Positions 19,383 to 28,464 of a stretch of DNA of 64,000 nucleotides are shown here, piece by piece. The stretch is from a virus: positions 96,001 through 160,000 of the IMG/VR virus record IMGVR_UViG_3300009126_000404; one strand, 5' to 3'. The notes beneath the pieces are model-generated. The model saw nothing but the letters and a program-made list of their open reading frames with translations. It did not search any database and was not told the origin of the DNA. The stretch's first letter is position 1; each line of letters opens with the position of its first letter. Both the position numbers and the translations under genes were made by a program.

Positions 19383-19691
19383 CTAGGCTCCTAGATAAAA
19401 TTTAAGGATTCCTGAAGCCCAAATAAAAATTGCTATGGCATTAAGAAGAATTAATGATCTATCATGCCATAACATTCCAACTACCATCCAGCCAGCGACA
19501 CCAATAAGTGACATAACCATATTCCATGGTTCGTATCCGCCTATTCCTACTAGTGACATGCCAACAAGAAGAAAAATACTAGAGATCCATTTAATGTACC
19601 AAGATAAATCATATCTTGGTGTTACTTTTTTAATTGCTAGTTTTCTCCAATAACCTTTTTCTTCTTCCAATGGTAAATCTTGTTGTTTCAT
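19383..19691 (-). CDS. small multi-TM membrane protein
   Basis: Three hydrophobic helices with WHDRSL motif. Confidence 0.65.
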   Translation of the reverse strand: MKQQDLPLEEEKGYWRKLAIKKVTPRYDLSWYIKWISSIFLLVGMSLVGIGGYEPWNMVMSLIGVAGWMVVGMLWHDRSLILLNAIAIFIWASGILKFYLGA

Positions 19692-19948
19692 TAATCTGGT
19701 CGTCCAACACTTTCAAGTATAGTTTCTACTTGATCAAAAACATCTCTTTGTTTATGTAATTCGCCCTTGTGTGCTACTTTAATGGCTTTATTAATAATAG
19801 CAGGCTTAATGTCCATTTCTTCTGCAACGTGCTTAACTGTATCTCGTAGACCTTCATTAAGAGTCTCAACTTCTGCCATAACATGTATGCCTTCCTGTAT
19901 TAATGTTTTAAGTTTTGCTATATCGTCTTGATTGAATGTAATACTCAT
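19691..19948 (-). CDS. T4 DsbA-like dsDNA-binding protein
   Basis: Size and pattern (KLKTLIQEG...VAEEMDIKPAIINKAIKVAHK) resemble DsbA; own TTGACT-17-TATAAT promoter at 19977-20005. Confidence 0.55.
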   Translation of the reverse strand: MSITFNQDDIAKLKTLIQEGIHVMAEVETLNEGLRDTVKHVAEEMDIKPAIINKAIKVAHKGELHKQRDVFDQVETILESVGRPD

Positions 19949-19990
19949 AGATATTCTCCTAGTTTAGTTAATGTTTATTATAGACTATAA

Positions 19991-20860
19991 CTAGGCTAAA
20001 GTCAATTGTTTTCTTATGATATTTTGGGTAACATCTACAACCTGCTGTACATCTTTTAAGTCAATATCGTGTTGTCTACGTACAGATTCTAGTGTTGCTA
20101 GTGCAAATAGCTTCTTTCCTTGGTTTAACTGGAATAAACCTTCATATTTTCCATATATATAACATATAGTTTTTAATTTGTTCACTACATCAAATACCTT
20201 TATATCCCATTCATGAAATCCATTTAGCATTTTATATTCTTTTACCCATGTTTTTATATTATGATTAGGGAATATACTTAATGCAAAATACGTTACATTT
20301 GGGTCGTTTAACCAATCATCCATAGCAAGTACAACGTCTGCGTGTTCAGCCCACATTACATCTTGACCTAAGAATTGGTTATATAAATATTTCCATGTAT
20401 GAGCTAAACTCACAAACTTATTCATCTCATCACTGTATTCTCTTTTTAAAAATAAATCCATATAGCTATAACAATTATTACCCATAATAGTAGTAACTAC
20501 AGTTATAGGAAGTTTGTGTTCATTTCTCCATTTAATAATATCTGCTGTATTTGTTGCATGTGTAAACAATGCTATGTGTTTGCCTGGCTGTAACTCTTCC
20601 CATTTATTACATAAATTTTGTAATGTTTCTAGTTTTATATTCTCATTATTTCTTGCATCGTAATTATATATCTTTGCAAAAGAATCTGAAACATTCCACC
20701 AATCATTAATTACAGTAGCATCTTTAAACTTCGAACCCGCCTCGTCCAGCCATAGATTATTATGTACTACATTGTAGAATTGTGGACTTTGGTTGATTAT
20801 GTATGTTAATGCACTGGCGCTGATTGCACTGCGAGTGCATACAAGGTATATTTGATTCAT
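19991..20860 (-). CDS. hypothetical, weakly sulfotransferase-like
   Basis: IYLVCTRSAISASALTYIINQSP N-terminus. Confidence 0.45.
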   Translation of the reverse strand: MNQIYLVCTRSAISASALTYIINQSPQFYNVVHNNLWLDEAGSKFKDATVINDWWNVSDSFAKIYNYDARNNENIKLETLQNLCNKWEELQPGKHIALFTHATNTADIIKWRNEHKLPITVVTTIMGNNCYSYMDLFLKREYSDEMNKFVSLAHTWKYLYNQFLGQDVMWAEHADVVLAMDDWLNDPNVTYFALSIFPNHNIKTWVKEYKMLNGFHEWDIKVFDVVNKLKTICYIYGKYEGLFQLNQGKKLFALATLESVRRQHDIDLKDVQQVVDVTQNIIRKQLTLA

Positions 20861-20864
20861 ATTA

Positions 20865-21152
20865 CTAACGTCTGTTTGTTTGTTCTAAAAACTTAACACG
20901 TTCATCAAGTTCTTCAATTTTTTTAGATATTTTAGGATTGACTTTTTTCCATGCTTCAGGGTCTTCTTGGAACCAAGTTAAATTAAAACGATTAACAAAA
21001 TAGTCTAATAGTCTTTCCCATTTGCTATATACCCAAAAACTAATTCGGGTGCCACGCATGTATGCGACAAACAATGCACCACAACAGGCTCCACCTATAC
21101 CTGTGTAAATCCACAAGCGATCTGTAGCCATGTTCTGAATTATTTCCCACAT
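20865..21152 (-). CDS. hypothetical membrane-anchored protein
   Basis: One TM segment plus coiled C-terminus. Confidence 0.65.
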   Translation of the reverse strand: MWEIIQNMATDRLWIYTGIGGACCGALFVAYMRGTRISFWVYSKWERLLDYFVNRFNLTWFQEDPEAWKKVNPKISKKIEELDERVKFLEQTNRR

Positions 21153-22249
21153 TATTTAATATACATCTGAGGAAATGGATATTGATCTGGTTTAACCATT
21201 GCAATTACGTATGCTGTATCCATATGAAACCTCATGTCCGTTTTGTCTAAATCACTTGCTTGTTGGATATACACTAACGAATCTTTGTTTTTATCAATAA
21301 ACAAAATTCCTTCCAATGCACCTTTTTCTCTTTTAATGCTAAGATAGTTGTTAACGTTTGCTTGTGCATACAACTGAAGTGCTACACCATTATTACCGTT
21401 TACTATAGCATCTGTAATAGGACCAGTGTCAACACCTTTAGTAAATATATTTTGTAAAAGATTGCTTACGTCTTTTTTAAAGGCTGATTTATGTTTTGGA
21501 TCTGTTAAAGAGTTTGCAAATCCAGTTAAGTGTTTTAGATTCATTCCCGATGCTGGTATTTTTAATCCAGATGCTTCTATTAAATCTTTGTACCTATTTA
21601 TAAATTGGTCAACTAATTGAGTATAATTAGACGTAACACTAACATCTCTATCTGTAAATCTTGCCGCACCTACACTTCTTGTTTTTACTTCTACGTTTTT
21701 GCCATCAATTATTAAATCTCCTGAGCCACCCTGTGCTCCAATGCCAGAAATAGTTTTTGAAAGTACTGCTAATGTAAACTCACCTTCTCCAATTCCATAT
21801 CCTGAAACTTGGTTAAGATCATTTACAAATTCTGTAAATGCAGGGTTTACCCCATATCCTGGAAATATTTCTTCAAATGTTGATGCACCTGGTGATATTA
21901 ATTTACCAGTATTAACTAATTTATTAGCATTCCAGTTTGTAAATAATTCTTTTATTTGAGGTCCGGTGAAATCAATTGCCGCAATAATTTTTGCTATCTT
22001 ATTAGTTGCTTTTTGTACGTCTTCATCATCTATAGCGGTAACTCTATTTAATACACTTGCTACTCTGCCACCTGCTCCAACATCACGTAATGCTTGTTCT
22101 ATTTTATCAATAACGGCGGCAGTTGCTTCACCACCTTTACCATCTACAGGAAGAGCTTGGATCTTATCTATTAGTACTTGTTGTAATTTAAGTAACTCTT
22201 TTGGTGATGCTTCATCTAGTAATTTCTCAAATAAGTGTGTTAGTCTCAT
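21152..22249 (-). CDS. putative internal head protein with PD-(D/E)xK-like nuclease domain
   Basis: Leader MRLTHLFE; GEGEF...GDLIIDGKNVEVKT. Confidence 0.55.
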   Translation of the reverse strand: MRLTHLFEKLLDEASPKELLKLQQVLIDKIQALPVDGKGGEATAAVIDKIEQALRDVGAGGRVASVLNRVTAIDDEDVQKATNKIAKIIAAIDFTGPQIKELFTNWNANKLVNTGKLISPGASTFEEIFPGYGVNPAFTEFVNDLNQVSGYGIGEGEFTLAVLSKTISGIGAQGGSGDLIIDGKNVEVKTRSVGAARFTDRDVSVTSNYTQLVDQFINRYKDLIEASGLKIPASGMNLKHLTGFANSLTDPKHKSAFKKDVSNLLQNIFTKGVDTGPITDAIVNGNNGVALQLYAQANVNNYLSIKREKGALEGILFIDKNKDSLVYIQQASDLDKTDMRFHMDTAYVIAMVKPDQYPFPQMYIK

Positions 22250-22253
22250 TTTG

Positions 22254-22949
22254 TTAATTCCTATATTTAATAAGATCTTTTAATCTTTGTATATCTTGAC
22301 CTGAATCTTCTTTAACAGAAGACCATAATTTAATTGCTTTGTTAATAATGTTATGAGCATCATCGTCTGAGTCAAACCCATGATGACTAGCAAGGTCAAT
22401 TGAATCAGTATTGTAAATTTGTATGTCTTTAGGAATATTAAGATCTACTAGTGTTTTTACCAGTGACTCTGGGCTTGTTGTTTGATCTTCTAATTTGGTT
22501 TGAACGCCATTCCAAGTATATAATTCAACCATGCCATCATCTGCCTTAAAGGTAATACTTTTAGATGGCCTTGCTTCTTTAAAACCCTTTGTTCTACGGT
22601 CAACCGCTACTGTTTCTTCTAATTCTAAGTCGTAGTGTTTTTTATATGGGCCGGAAGCTATACTTAGGTTGCTAATATGGACTTCTATAAATTTTCCGTT
22701 ATTTAATTTAACATCAACTAATCCACCTCTTCCCATTACAGAAAATACCCTTCCGTTTTTTCCAGACTTAGTTAGAATAACTTTTTGTCCTTTTTTAACT
22801 TTATTAATGGTAAGTGGTTTAGTATTCTTCATTGAAGAATCTTTGTCAAAGTTATATGCAACATTTTTATATTGAGCATGGGTACGAGCCTCATCAATAT
22901 CTGTAGATTCATTTGCCTGCATCCAACGTGTTACTTTATATTTACTCAT
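22254..22949 (-). CDS. putative prohead core/internal protein
   Basis: VDRRTKGFKEA motif, acidic, several xE junctions. Confidence 0.5.
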   Translation of the reverse strand: MSKYKVTRWMQANESTDIDEARTHAQYKNVAYNFDKDSSMKNTKPLTINKVKKGQKVILTKSGKNGRVFSVMGRGGLVDVKLNNGKFIEVHISNLSIASGPYKKHYDLELEETVAVDRRTKGFKEARPSKSITFKADDGMVELYTWNGVQTKLEDQTTSPESLVKTLVDLNIPKDIQIYNTDSIDLASHHGFDSDDDAHNIINKAIKLWSSVKEDSGQDIQRLKDLIKYRN

Positions 22950-22961
22950 ACTTACGCTCTC

Positions 22962-23219
22962 CTATTTCTTAATTGCTTTCCAAAGTTGATTAACTAACTT
23001 ATCTTTTCTTTCTCTTCTATCTAGCTCAATTCCATAAGTTCTACCAATTTCTTCTAGTTTCACTTTGGTTAATTTTGCTAATTCTTTTTTATTTCTAAAT
23101 GCCGGTTTTATTATTATTGGGTTAGTAACGGTCTTTTTCTTAACTGTGACCTTAGGTTTTGATACAAATACTTGTTGTTTTGCACCATCGCCAAACATTT
23201 TTTTAATCCAATTAAACAT
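22962..23219 (-). CDS. small basic protein with Rho-N/HeH-like motif
   Basis: LAKLTKVKLEEIGRTYGIELDRRERKDKLVNQL. Confidence 0.5.
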   Translation of the reverse strand: MFNWIKKMFGDGAKQQVFVSKPKVTVKKKTVTNPIIIKPAFRNKKELAKLTKVKLEEIGRTYGIELDRRERKDKLVNQLWKAIKK

Positions 23220-23222
23220 ATT

Positions 23223-24590
23223 TTATTTTTCCCTCTTTCCTTTTATCCACTTAGCCTTTTCAGCTATATGATATGCTTCTTTTTTCTTATCTTCTTCAAC
23301 TCTGTCACTGTCTAAATAATTCCATAATGAATCAAGTTGCATCATTTCTTTTGGTGATAAGCGATCACCTCTTGCTACTAATTCATCAAATACTGCAATT
23401 TCTCTTTTTAATTCTTTTTTAGTCATCGCTCCAGGATGTTTACCTGAAAGTGTCCACGGTGATCTACTTGGATCTATTTCTTTTATAATTGATTCGTTTG
23501 CTCTTTTTAATGCCTTTGCTACACTTGGATGACTTGCTAAACCTTTTGCAAGTTTCTCAATAGCCGCATAAGCACCATCATAATTACCATCTCTATATCT
23601 TGGATCATTTAAAATTCCAAATGCCATTTTAATTTGTTTTGGAGAATATTCATTTAATGTATCGTCATGACGCCTGTTATTTGGTTCGAATCTAAAATCG
23701 TCGCGGTCTGCATCTGCTAACTTTAAATCGTCTGACATTGATTCAGTAGGATGATTTGCATAATTTGCTCTTATAAGACTTGGCTTTAATCCAAGTTCTC
23801 TAGTTCTAATATCATCAACAGCATTTTGAATTCTGTATGCTATCTCATTTTTAAGTTTAGAAGTCATATCTTCAGGCCTATGTTTAAATAATATTTCTAC
23901 ATACTCGTCAATTGTGTTTAAGTATCCTTCCATGTTACCCTTTGGTCCTTCTGTTACTTTTTCTCTAATGCCTCCAGTACCTATTTCATCTCTACAATCA
24001 GAACAAAGAAAATTATAAGGTTCTTCTGAGGCATGATCTGTTGAAGCTGGAATATCTTTACCACATTCTAAACATTTTACAACTTTTTCTTCTTTTACTT
24101 TTTCTGCACTTTCAGTACGATGTCGCCCAATTACAAGTTTGTCAAAAGCACTTTCCATATTGTCAACCATCGTCTCATAGCCACCAAGCATATTTCTAAT
24201 GTCATTAACCATATCGGAACTGTTATCTTTGCCTTCAATGTCTTGTAAGTTAAGAAGTATTTTTCTTACTCGCTTTAATTCTTTTCTTAAATTATGGATT
24301 TGAATACCTTTATAATCATTATAATCTTTACCTGATTTAACATTGTCATGATAAAGATCACTTGCTTCGTCCTCTTTAACACTTTCAAGCATTTTCCAGT
24401 ATTTGTTTACAATACCTCTACGTGCTTCAATTTCGTCTGGAAGAATATGCCCACGAGCATAATGATCTCCTTGAATTTGTAACATTAATTTTAGTTCTTC
24501 TTCTGTACCAAAGGCTCTGGCCATTTCCACACCATTTTCTGTGTGATAATTTTTATCTTCGTTATCTAAAAACTGAGCCTTTGTAAACAT
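23223..24590 (-). CDS. putative modular internal head (poly)protein
   Basis: Leader MFTKAQFLDNE; modules bounded by VKE/VTE/LNE/ANE/IKE; one CxxC...CxxC module. Confidence 0.6.
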   Translation of the reverse strand: MFTKAQFLDNEDKNYHTENGVEMARAFGTEEELKLMLQIQGDHYARGHILPDEIEARRGIVNKYWKMLESVKEDEASDLYHDNVKSGKDYNDYKGIQIHNLRKELKRVRKILLNLQDIEGKDNSSDMVNDIRNMLGGYETMVDNMESAFDKLVIGRHRTESAEKVKEEKVVKCLECGKDIPASTDHASEEPYNFLCSDCRDEIGTGGIREKVTEGPKGNMEGYLNTIDEYVEILFKHRPEDMTSKLKNEIAYRIQNAVDDIRTRELGLKPSLIRANYANHPTESMSDDLKLADADRDDFRFEPNNRRHDDTLNEYSPKQIKMAFGILNDPRYRDGNYDGAYAAIEKLAKGLASHPSVAKALKRANESIIKEIDPSRSPWTLSGKHPGAMTKKELKREIAVFDELVARGDRLSPKEMMQLDSLWNYLDSDRVEEDKKKEAYHIAEKAKWIKGKREK

Positions 24591-25627
24591 TATGCTTTCG
24601 CCTCTTCTGGAATACCCATTTTAGCAGCGTCACCATATTTCTTCATAGTCTTTCTTACAATCTTTCCCATTTCCTTACCCACCACTGTTCTATTTGGATG
24701 TACACCTTTTGGTTTCTTTGGCTTTTTGGGCTTTTTTGCAGGTGTAGGAACAGGCTCAACATCTTTAGTTGGAATAAATGTTGTTGTTTGATCTTTGTGT
24801 GGATTACCACTAGTCGGTATAGCACCTGATATAGTAACACCTTCTGCTACTTTTGACTCTTTATGCTTTTTCTTAGCGTTTGCTAACGCATGTTTAAACA
24901 TATCTTTTGCTATTACTTGTAGACTATCATCACGTTTATCATCAAAATCCATACCTTCTGCTACTTCTTCTTTAGGTGTATCTGTTTTTAATTCTTTAAC
25001 TGACTTACTGGAACCAGTATCGCCAGTCTCTTGTAAGTCCAAGTCTTCAGTTTCCTCGGGATGTGAATGTGTGTTTAGTTCCATTCCTTCAGGCTCAATT
25101 TGTGCTTTCATGGCATTATATTCAGTGTAACGACGTACTGCATCCATGTCTTTGCTAGATTGAGCAATTTTACTTTGAACCCAAGGTTCTAAATCATCTT
25201 GGTCTTGAATAACACTATGCAATTTAATTGCATCACGTGCCATAAAGTAAAGTTGACTACGAGCCATAAAGCCGTCTTCATCATCACTATCTAATACACC
25301 TTCTTTAATTGTTTTTTTATTCTCTTGAACTGATTCTTGATGAGCTGGGTGAACGTCATCTTTAGCACCTCGATCATCTACTACGTGACCTATTGTACCA
25401 AAGTGTGCGTCTTCTAAAGCATCATAAAGACCTGCTAATGCTTCTGCTACATCTTTTAAATAAGATGGGTCTCCATCTATTTCCATTACAGCCATCTCTA
25501 GTTGGCCGCCTTGTTTAAAAACTTTTTCAAATTTGTCTATTTCATTCATAATACGATTAAACGTATTATCAATTTTATTATATGTTGGGTGGTTTGTATC
25601 CATGTCGTTACCTCTGTTTAATGCCAC
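24590..25627 (-). CDS. putative acidic internal/core protein
   Basis: GFMARSQLY...LEPWVQSKI module after IKE; two VAEG junctions; probable start MDTNHP. Confidence 0.6.
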   Translation of the reverse strand: MALNRGNDMDTNHPTYNKIDNTFNRIMNEIDKFEKVFKQGGQLEMAVMEIDGDPSYLKDVAEALAGLYDALEDAHFGTIGHVVDDRGAKDDVHPAHQESVQENKKTIKEGVLDSDDEDGFMARSQLYFMARDAIKLHSVIQDQDDLEPWVQSKIAQSSKDMDAVRRYTEYNAMKAQIEPEGMELNTHSHPEETEDLDLQETGDTGSSKSVKELKTDTPKEEVAEGMDFDDKRDDSLQVIAKDMFKHALANAKKKHKESKVAEGVTISGAIPTSGNPHKDQTTTFIPTKDVEPVPTPAKKPKKPKKPKGVHPNRTVVGKEMGKIVRKTMKKYGDAAKMGIPEEAKA

Positions 25628-26438
25628 GACTGTTCATACCGCCGCGTCTTCTAATTTCTTCTAATTCGTTGTACGTATCTGTTATTGCTTTTATGAATGC
25701 TTGTATTACACCAGTTTTATTAAGTTGATAATCTATATTATCCCAATCTTTTTTCGTTGCCATATCTTTAAGTGCATTAAATTTACGAACAAGATCATCT
25801 TCTATTTGATTAAGCATAAGTCTTCCATATCCTTGGATTAATACTTCTGGATTCATTGGGTCTTCTTTATTTTTTGCCCAAATGCTTTCGTTTTGTTCTT
25901 CTTTATATTGGCCGAAATCAACTGAGCCTTTAAAATCTTTATCTTTAGCCATCTTTTTACGGAAGTCTGTTACAAAATTATTAATAGTATCAGCATCTAA
26001 ATAACGAACTAAATCTTGAAATATAGGATTTTGTGCTAATTTAATTTCACCTGCACCTAATGAACCAACTAAATCATAAATTGGCTTGGCTTCACCATGT
26101 GTTGCTTCTTTAACCCAATTATCACCACTTGCATCATGTGAATCATATTTACAATCACAACCTGTATCTGGATTATCAATTTGACAACCACAATATTTAC
26201 ATTTACCTACTGCTTCAATGAAATATGGAACCATGTCTTTTGCTTCAGCATTCATAGTTCTTCTAAAACTTTTTTCATTATCCGTAAAACGTTTTCCTGA
26301 TTCTGGAGTTCTACGATGCTCATCTTCACAATCTGCTTTCCATTTTGAATATTTTGCATATTCGTCCGCAGTCATATGACTAATATCATCTTTTGTTGCT
26401 ACGTCACATGGACCTTCGTTTAATTGTGATAATCTCAT
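25608..26438 (-). CDS. putative internal head protein
   Basis: Leader MRLSQLNE; Cys-rich module CKYCGC...CDC. Confidence 0.6.
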   Translation of the reverse strand: MRLSQLNEGPCDVATKDDISHMTADEYAKYSKWKADCEDEHRRTPESGKRFTDNEKSFRRTMNAEAKDMVPYFIEAVGKCKYCGCQIDNPDTGCDCKYDSHDASGDNWVKEATHGEAKPIYDLVGSLGAGEIKLAQNPIFQDLVRYLDADTINNFVTDFRKKMAKDKDFKGSVDFGQYKEEQNESIWAKNKEDPMNPEVLIQGYGRLMLNQIEDDLVRKFNALKDMATKKDWDNIDYQLNKTGVIQAFIKAITDTYNELEEIRRRGGMNSRGIKQR

Positions 26439-26629
26439 TTTAATTTCACCTCTTCAGTATAACCTACACTAGATTTTTTACGTTTGCCGCTAGTTAAATA
26501 CCCTTTAGGGTCTACTGCTCTACGTATCATCTTCTTTTTACCAAATAAAGGAAAAGTTACACTAGCAATATTACCTGCCGCTGTAGTTCCTGCATCTGCA
26601 TTTTCAGTTATAATGTCTGTAATCTTCAT
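26435..26629 (-). CDS. small putative internal protein (start revised to 26629)
   Basis: MKITDIITE; ATAAATA-N5-ATG. Confidence 0.65.
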   Translation of the reverse strand: MKITDIITENADAGTTAAGNIASVTFPLFGKKKMIRRAVDPKGYLTSGKRKKSSVGYTEEVKLK

Positions 26630-26634
26630 ACAAG

Positions 26635-26641
26635 TATTTAT
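26635..26641 (-). promoter_or_regulatory. T4-late-like promoter core ATAAATA
   Basis: Same core at 5420, 7757, 11311, 30944, 35900, 41356, 42676, 42843, 44141, 44599, 46940, 50487, 52752, 59184, 59645 (minus) and 60252 (plus), mostly just upstream of gene starts. Confidence 0.7.
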
Positions 26642-26660
26642 CAAATTCAAGAATTATTGG

Positions 26661-27422
26661 CTAGTAATTAAGGGTGACACTTAATAACTTCATAACATTT
26701 TCCCATGTTTTGGGTATATTCATAACTAAATGCATACTATCATTCTTCCAACTATGGGTTCTATGCGTCTTACGAGTATCTATATAGTATACTCCACCTG
26801 CTTTAACAGGCCAAGTATGTCCGTCTGACACCCATTCATATGCATCATGCCCAACATTTTTCGATACAAATGCACATACTCTAAACGTATCTCTTGTTAA
26901 TATTGGTTGATCTTTATGTGGTGGGAACCATCCGCCAGCACCACTATTAACAATCATTGTACGTCCTAGTGGTTTCCAATAGTCTAACAAAGGATGTAAA
27001 CTTTTACAATCTTTATATAATTGTGTAGGTTCATTAAAATCACATTCACTAAGTTGACGTCCTGTACGTCTCATTGCTTCTGGCATACTTAAACTGTCCC
27101 AAGGTTCATCACCTGGTAGTCCTACTAAACATAGTCCAGTTCTATTGTTTACTACACCTTCTCTACGTAAATATGGGACCCACTTATCGTCATATGCTTT
27201 AATTTCTTTGTTAAACCACCCTAAATCAATTTCCCATTTTAATGGTTCTACTGTACTCATTGCAGATAATTGTAATTCACATTTAATATCTTCTGCAGTT
27301 GGTTCATAAAATTCTGGATGATCTACCCACCATTCATAATGTCCTGCTTGTACTTTTTGATTTGCAGGAGGTGAAATTGATTCTAATTTTTTGCCATCTT
27401 TATCTACTTTTGAAAAATCCAT
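26661..27422 (-). CDS. Asp/Asn beta-hydroxylase-like 2OG-Fe(II) oxygenase
   Basis: FPPHKD (HxD) ... IDTRKTH (distal H). Confidence 0.7.
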   Translation of the reverse strand: MDFSKVDKDGKKLESISPPANQKVQAGHYEWWVDHPEFYEPTAEDIKCELQLSAMSTVEPLKWEIDLGWFNKEIKAYDDKWVPYLRREGVVNNRTGLCLVGLPGDEPWDSLSMPEAMRRTGRQLSECDFNEPTQLYKDCKSLHPLLDYWKPLGRTMIVNSGAGGWFPPHKDQPILTRDTFRVCAFVSKNVGHDAYEWVSDGHTWPVKAGGVYYIDTRKTHRTHSWKNDSMHLVMNIPKTWENVMKLLSVTLNY

Positions 27423-27425
27423 ATT

Positions 27426-27818
27426 CTATTCCTTATCTGAGCTAATAAAACTTACTCTTAAATTTGCATTATTAGCTACTTTTAAACTTGCATTATTAGC
27501 AGGATTAATAACACACCAAAGTTGTTTATCTGCAAGTTCTTCCTTACATAATAACACTGCTTGTGTTGCTATTCCTAGATTTCTATACTTTTCATTTACA
27601 AAGTATGCTGTTTCGAAATCTTCTTTTACTTCAACAGCACCTACAAGAATTCCGTTATTAATCCATATACCCCATGTATTATAATTGGAAATGAAAGATT
27701 CTGCAACCTTTTTTGTGAATGGCCACTCTAAATAACTTAATAATGCGGTTTCTTTTGTTAGTATACTTCTTAACTGAAAAATATGTTTTAGCTCGAGTCG
27801 CCTCAACTCTATCTTCAT
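27426..27818 (-). CDS. GNAT acetyltransferase (RimJ/RimL-like)
   Basis: YRNLGIATQA, NPANNASLKV. Confidence 0.75.
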   Translation of the reverse strand: MKIELRRLELKHIFQLRSILTKETALLSYLEWPFTKKVAESFISNYNTWGIWINNGILVGAVEVKEDFETAYFVNEKYRNLGIATQAVLLCKEELADKQLWCVINPANNASLKVANNANLRVSFISSDKE

Positions 27819-27819
27819 T

Positions 27820-28011
27820 TTACTTATCCATCAATTTAACTATTCGAGGTTTGAATAGTTTTTGAGGCCCTTTAGTAGTTTTTAATACTGGTTGGTTATG
27901 ATCATCAATAGTAAATCCTGTTACTACTGCTTTACGATTTTTAAATCTACCTACTAAAACTTCATCGCCGATTTGGATGTTAGGTAGCTGTAATATGTCT
28001 TTTATTTTCAT
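27820..28011 (-). CDS. small SH3/KOW-like hypothetical
   Basis: MKIKDIL...IQIGDEVLVGRFKNRKAVV. Confidence 0.6.
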   Translation of the reverse strand: MKIKDILQLPNIQIGDEVLVGRFKNRKAVVTGFTIDDHNQPVLKTTKGPQKLFKPRIVKLMDK

Positions 28012-28018
28012 TGGAAAT

Positions 28019-28162
28019 TTATTTATTTTCGTTAGTTACTTTAGCTAGTAATTTTTTTAATTCAAGTAATTCTTTTCGTAACTCTTTTATTTCTGCTTGA
28101 GCTTTTTTTAATTCTTCTAAGCCTCGATACCCATACTCTGTATATTCTGCTCGATCATTCAT
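28019..28162 (-). CDS. 47-aa coiled-coil protein (absent from track)
   Basis: MNDRAEYTEYGYRGLEELKKAQAEIKELRKELLELKK; TAATG coupling. Confidence 0.55.
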   Translation of the reverse strand: MNDRAEYTEYGYRGLEELKKAQAEIKELRKELLELKKLLAKVTNENK

Positions 28163-28464
28163 TACAAGCCTTTCACAGCACTTTTAATATTAATAATTTG
28201 AAAATCAGGGGATAGTTCTCCTGACTTGTTACCTTCATTTATTTCATATAATAACTTATCATTATTAATATGATCTAATACAAAATCATGTAAATGGAAT
28301 TCATATTCTCCATGTCGCCATTTTACTTCTGCGGCGCCGGCCTCTCGTGCTTTTTTAATATCCGCATAAACTCCAGCCACATATCTGTGTGGATCTAAAC
28401 ATTGAGTTGGTCCTGCGTGATGGGCAGGATCTTTTTTTTCCATTTGTACGATATATACTATCAC
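28162..28464 (-). CDS. hypothetical protein
   Basis: 100-aa ORF in coupled run. Confidence 0.6.
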   Translation of the reverse strand: MIVYIVQMEKKDPAHHAGPTQCLDPHRYVAGVYADIKKAREAGAAEVKWRHGEYEFHLHDFVLDHINNDKLLYEINEGNKSGELSPDFQIINIKSAVKGL

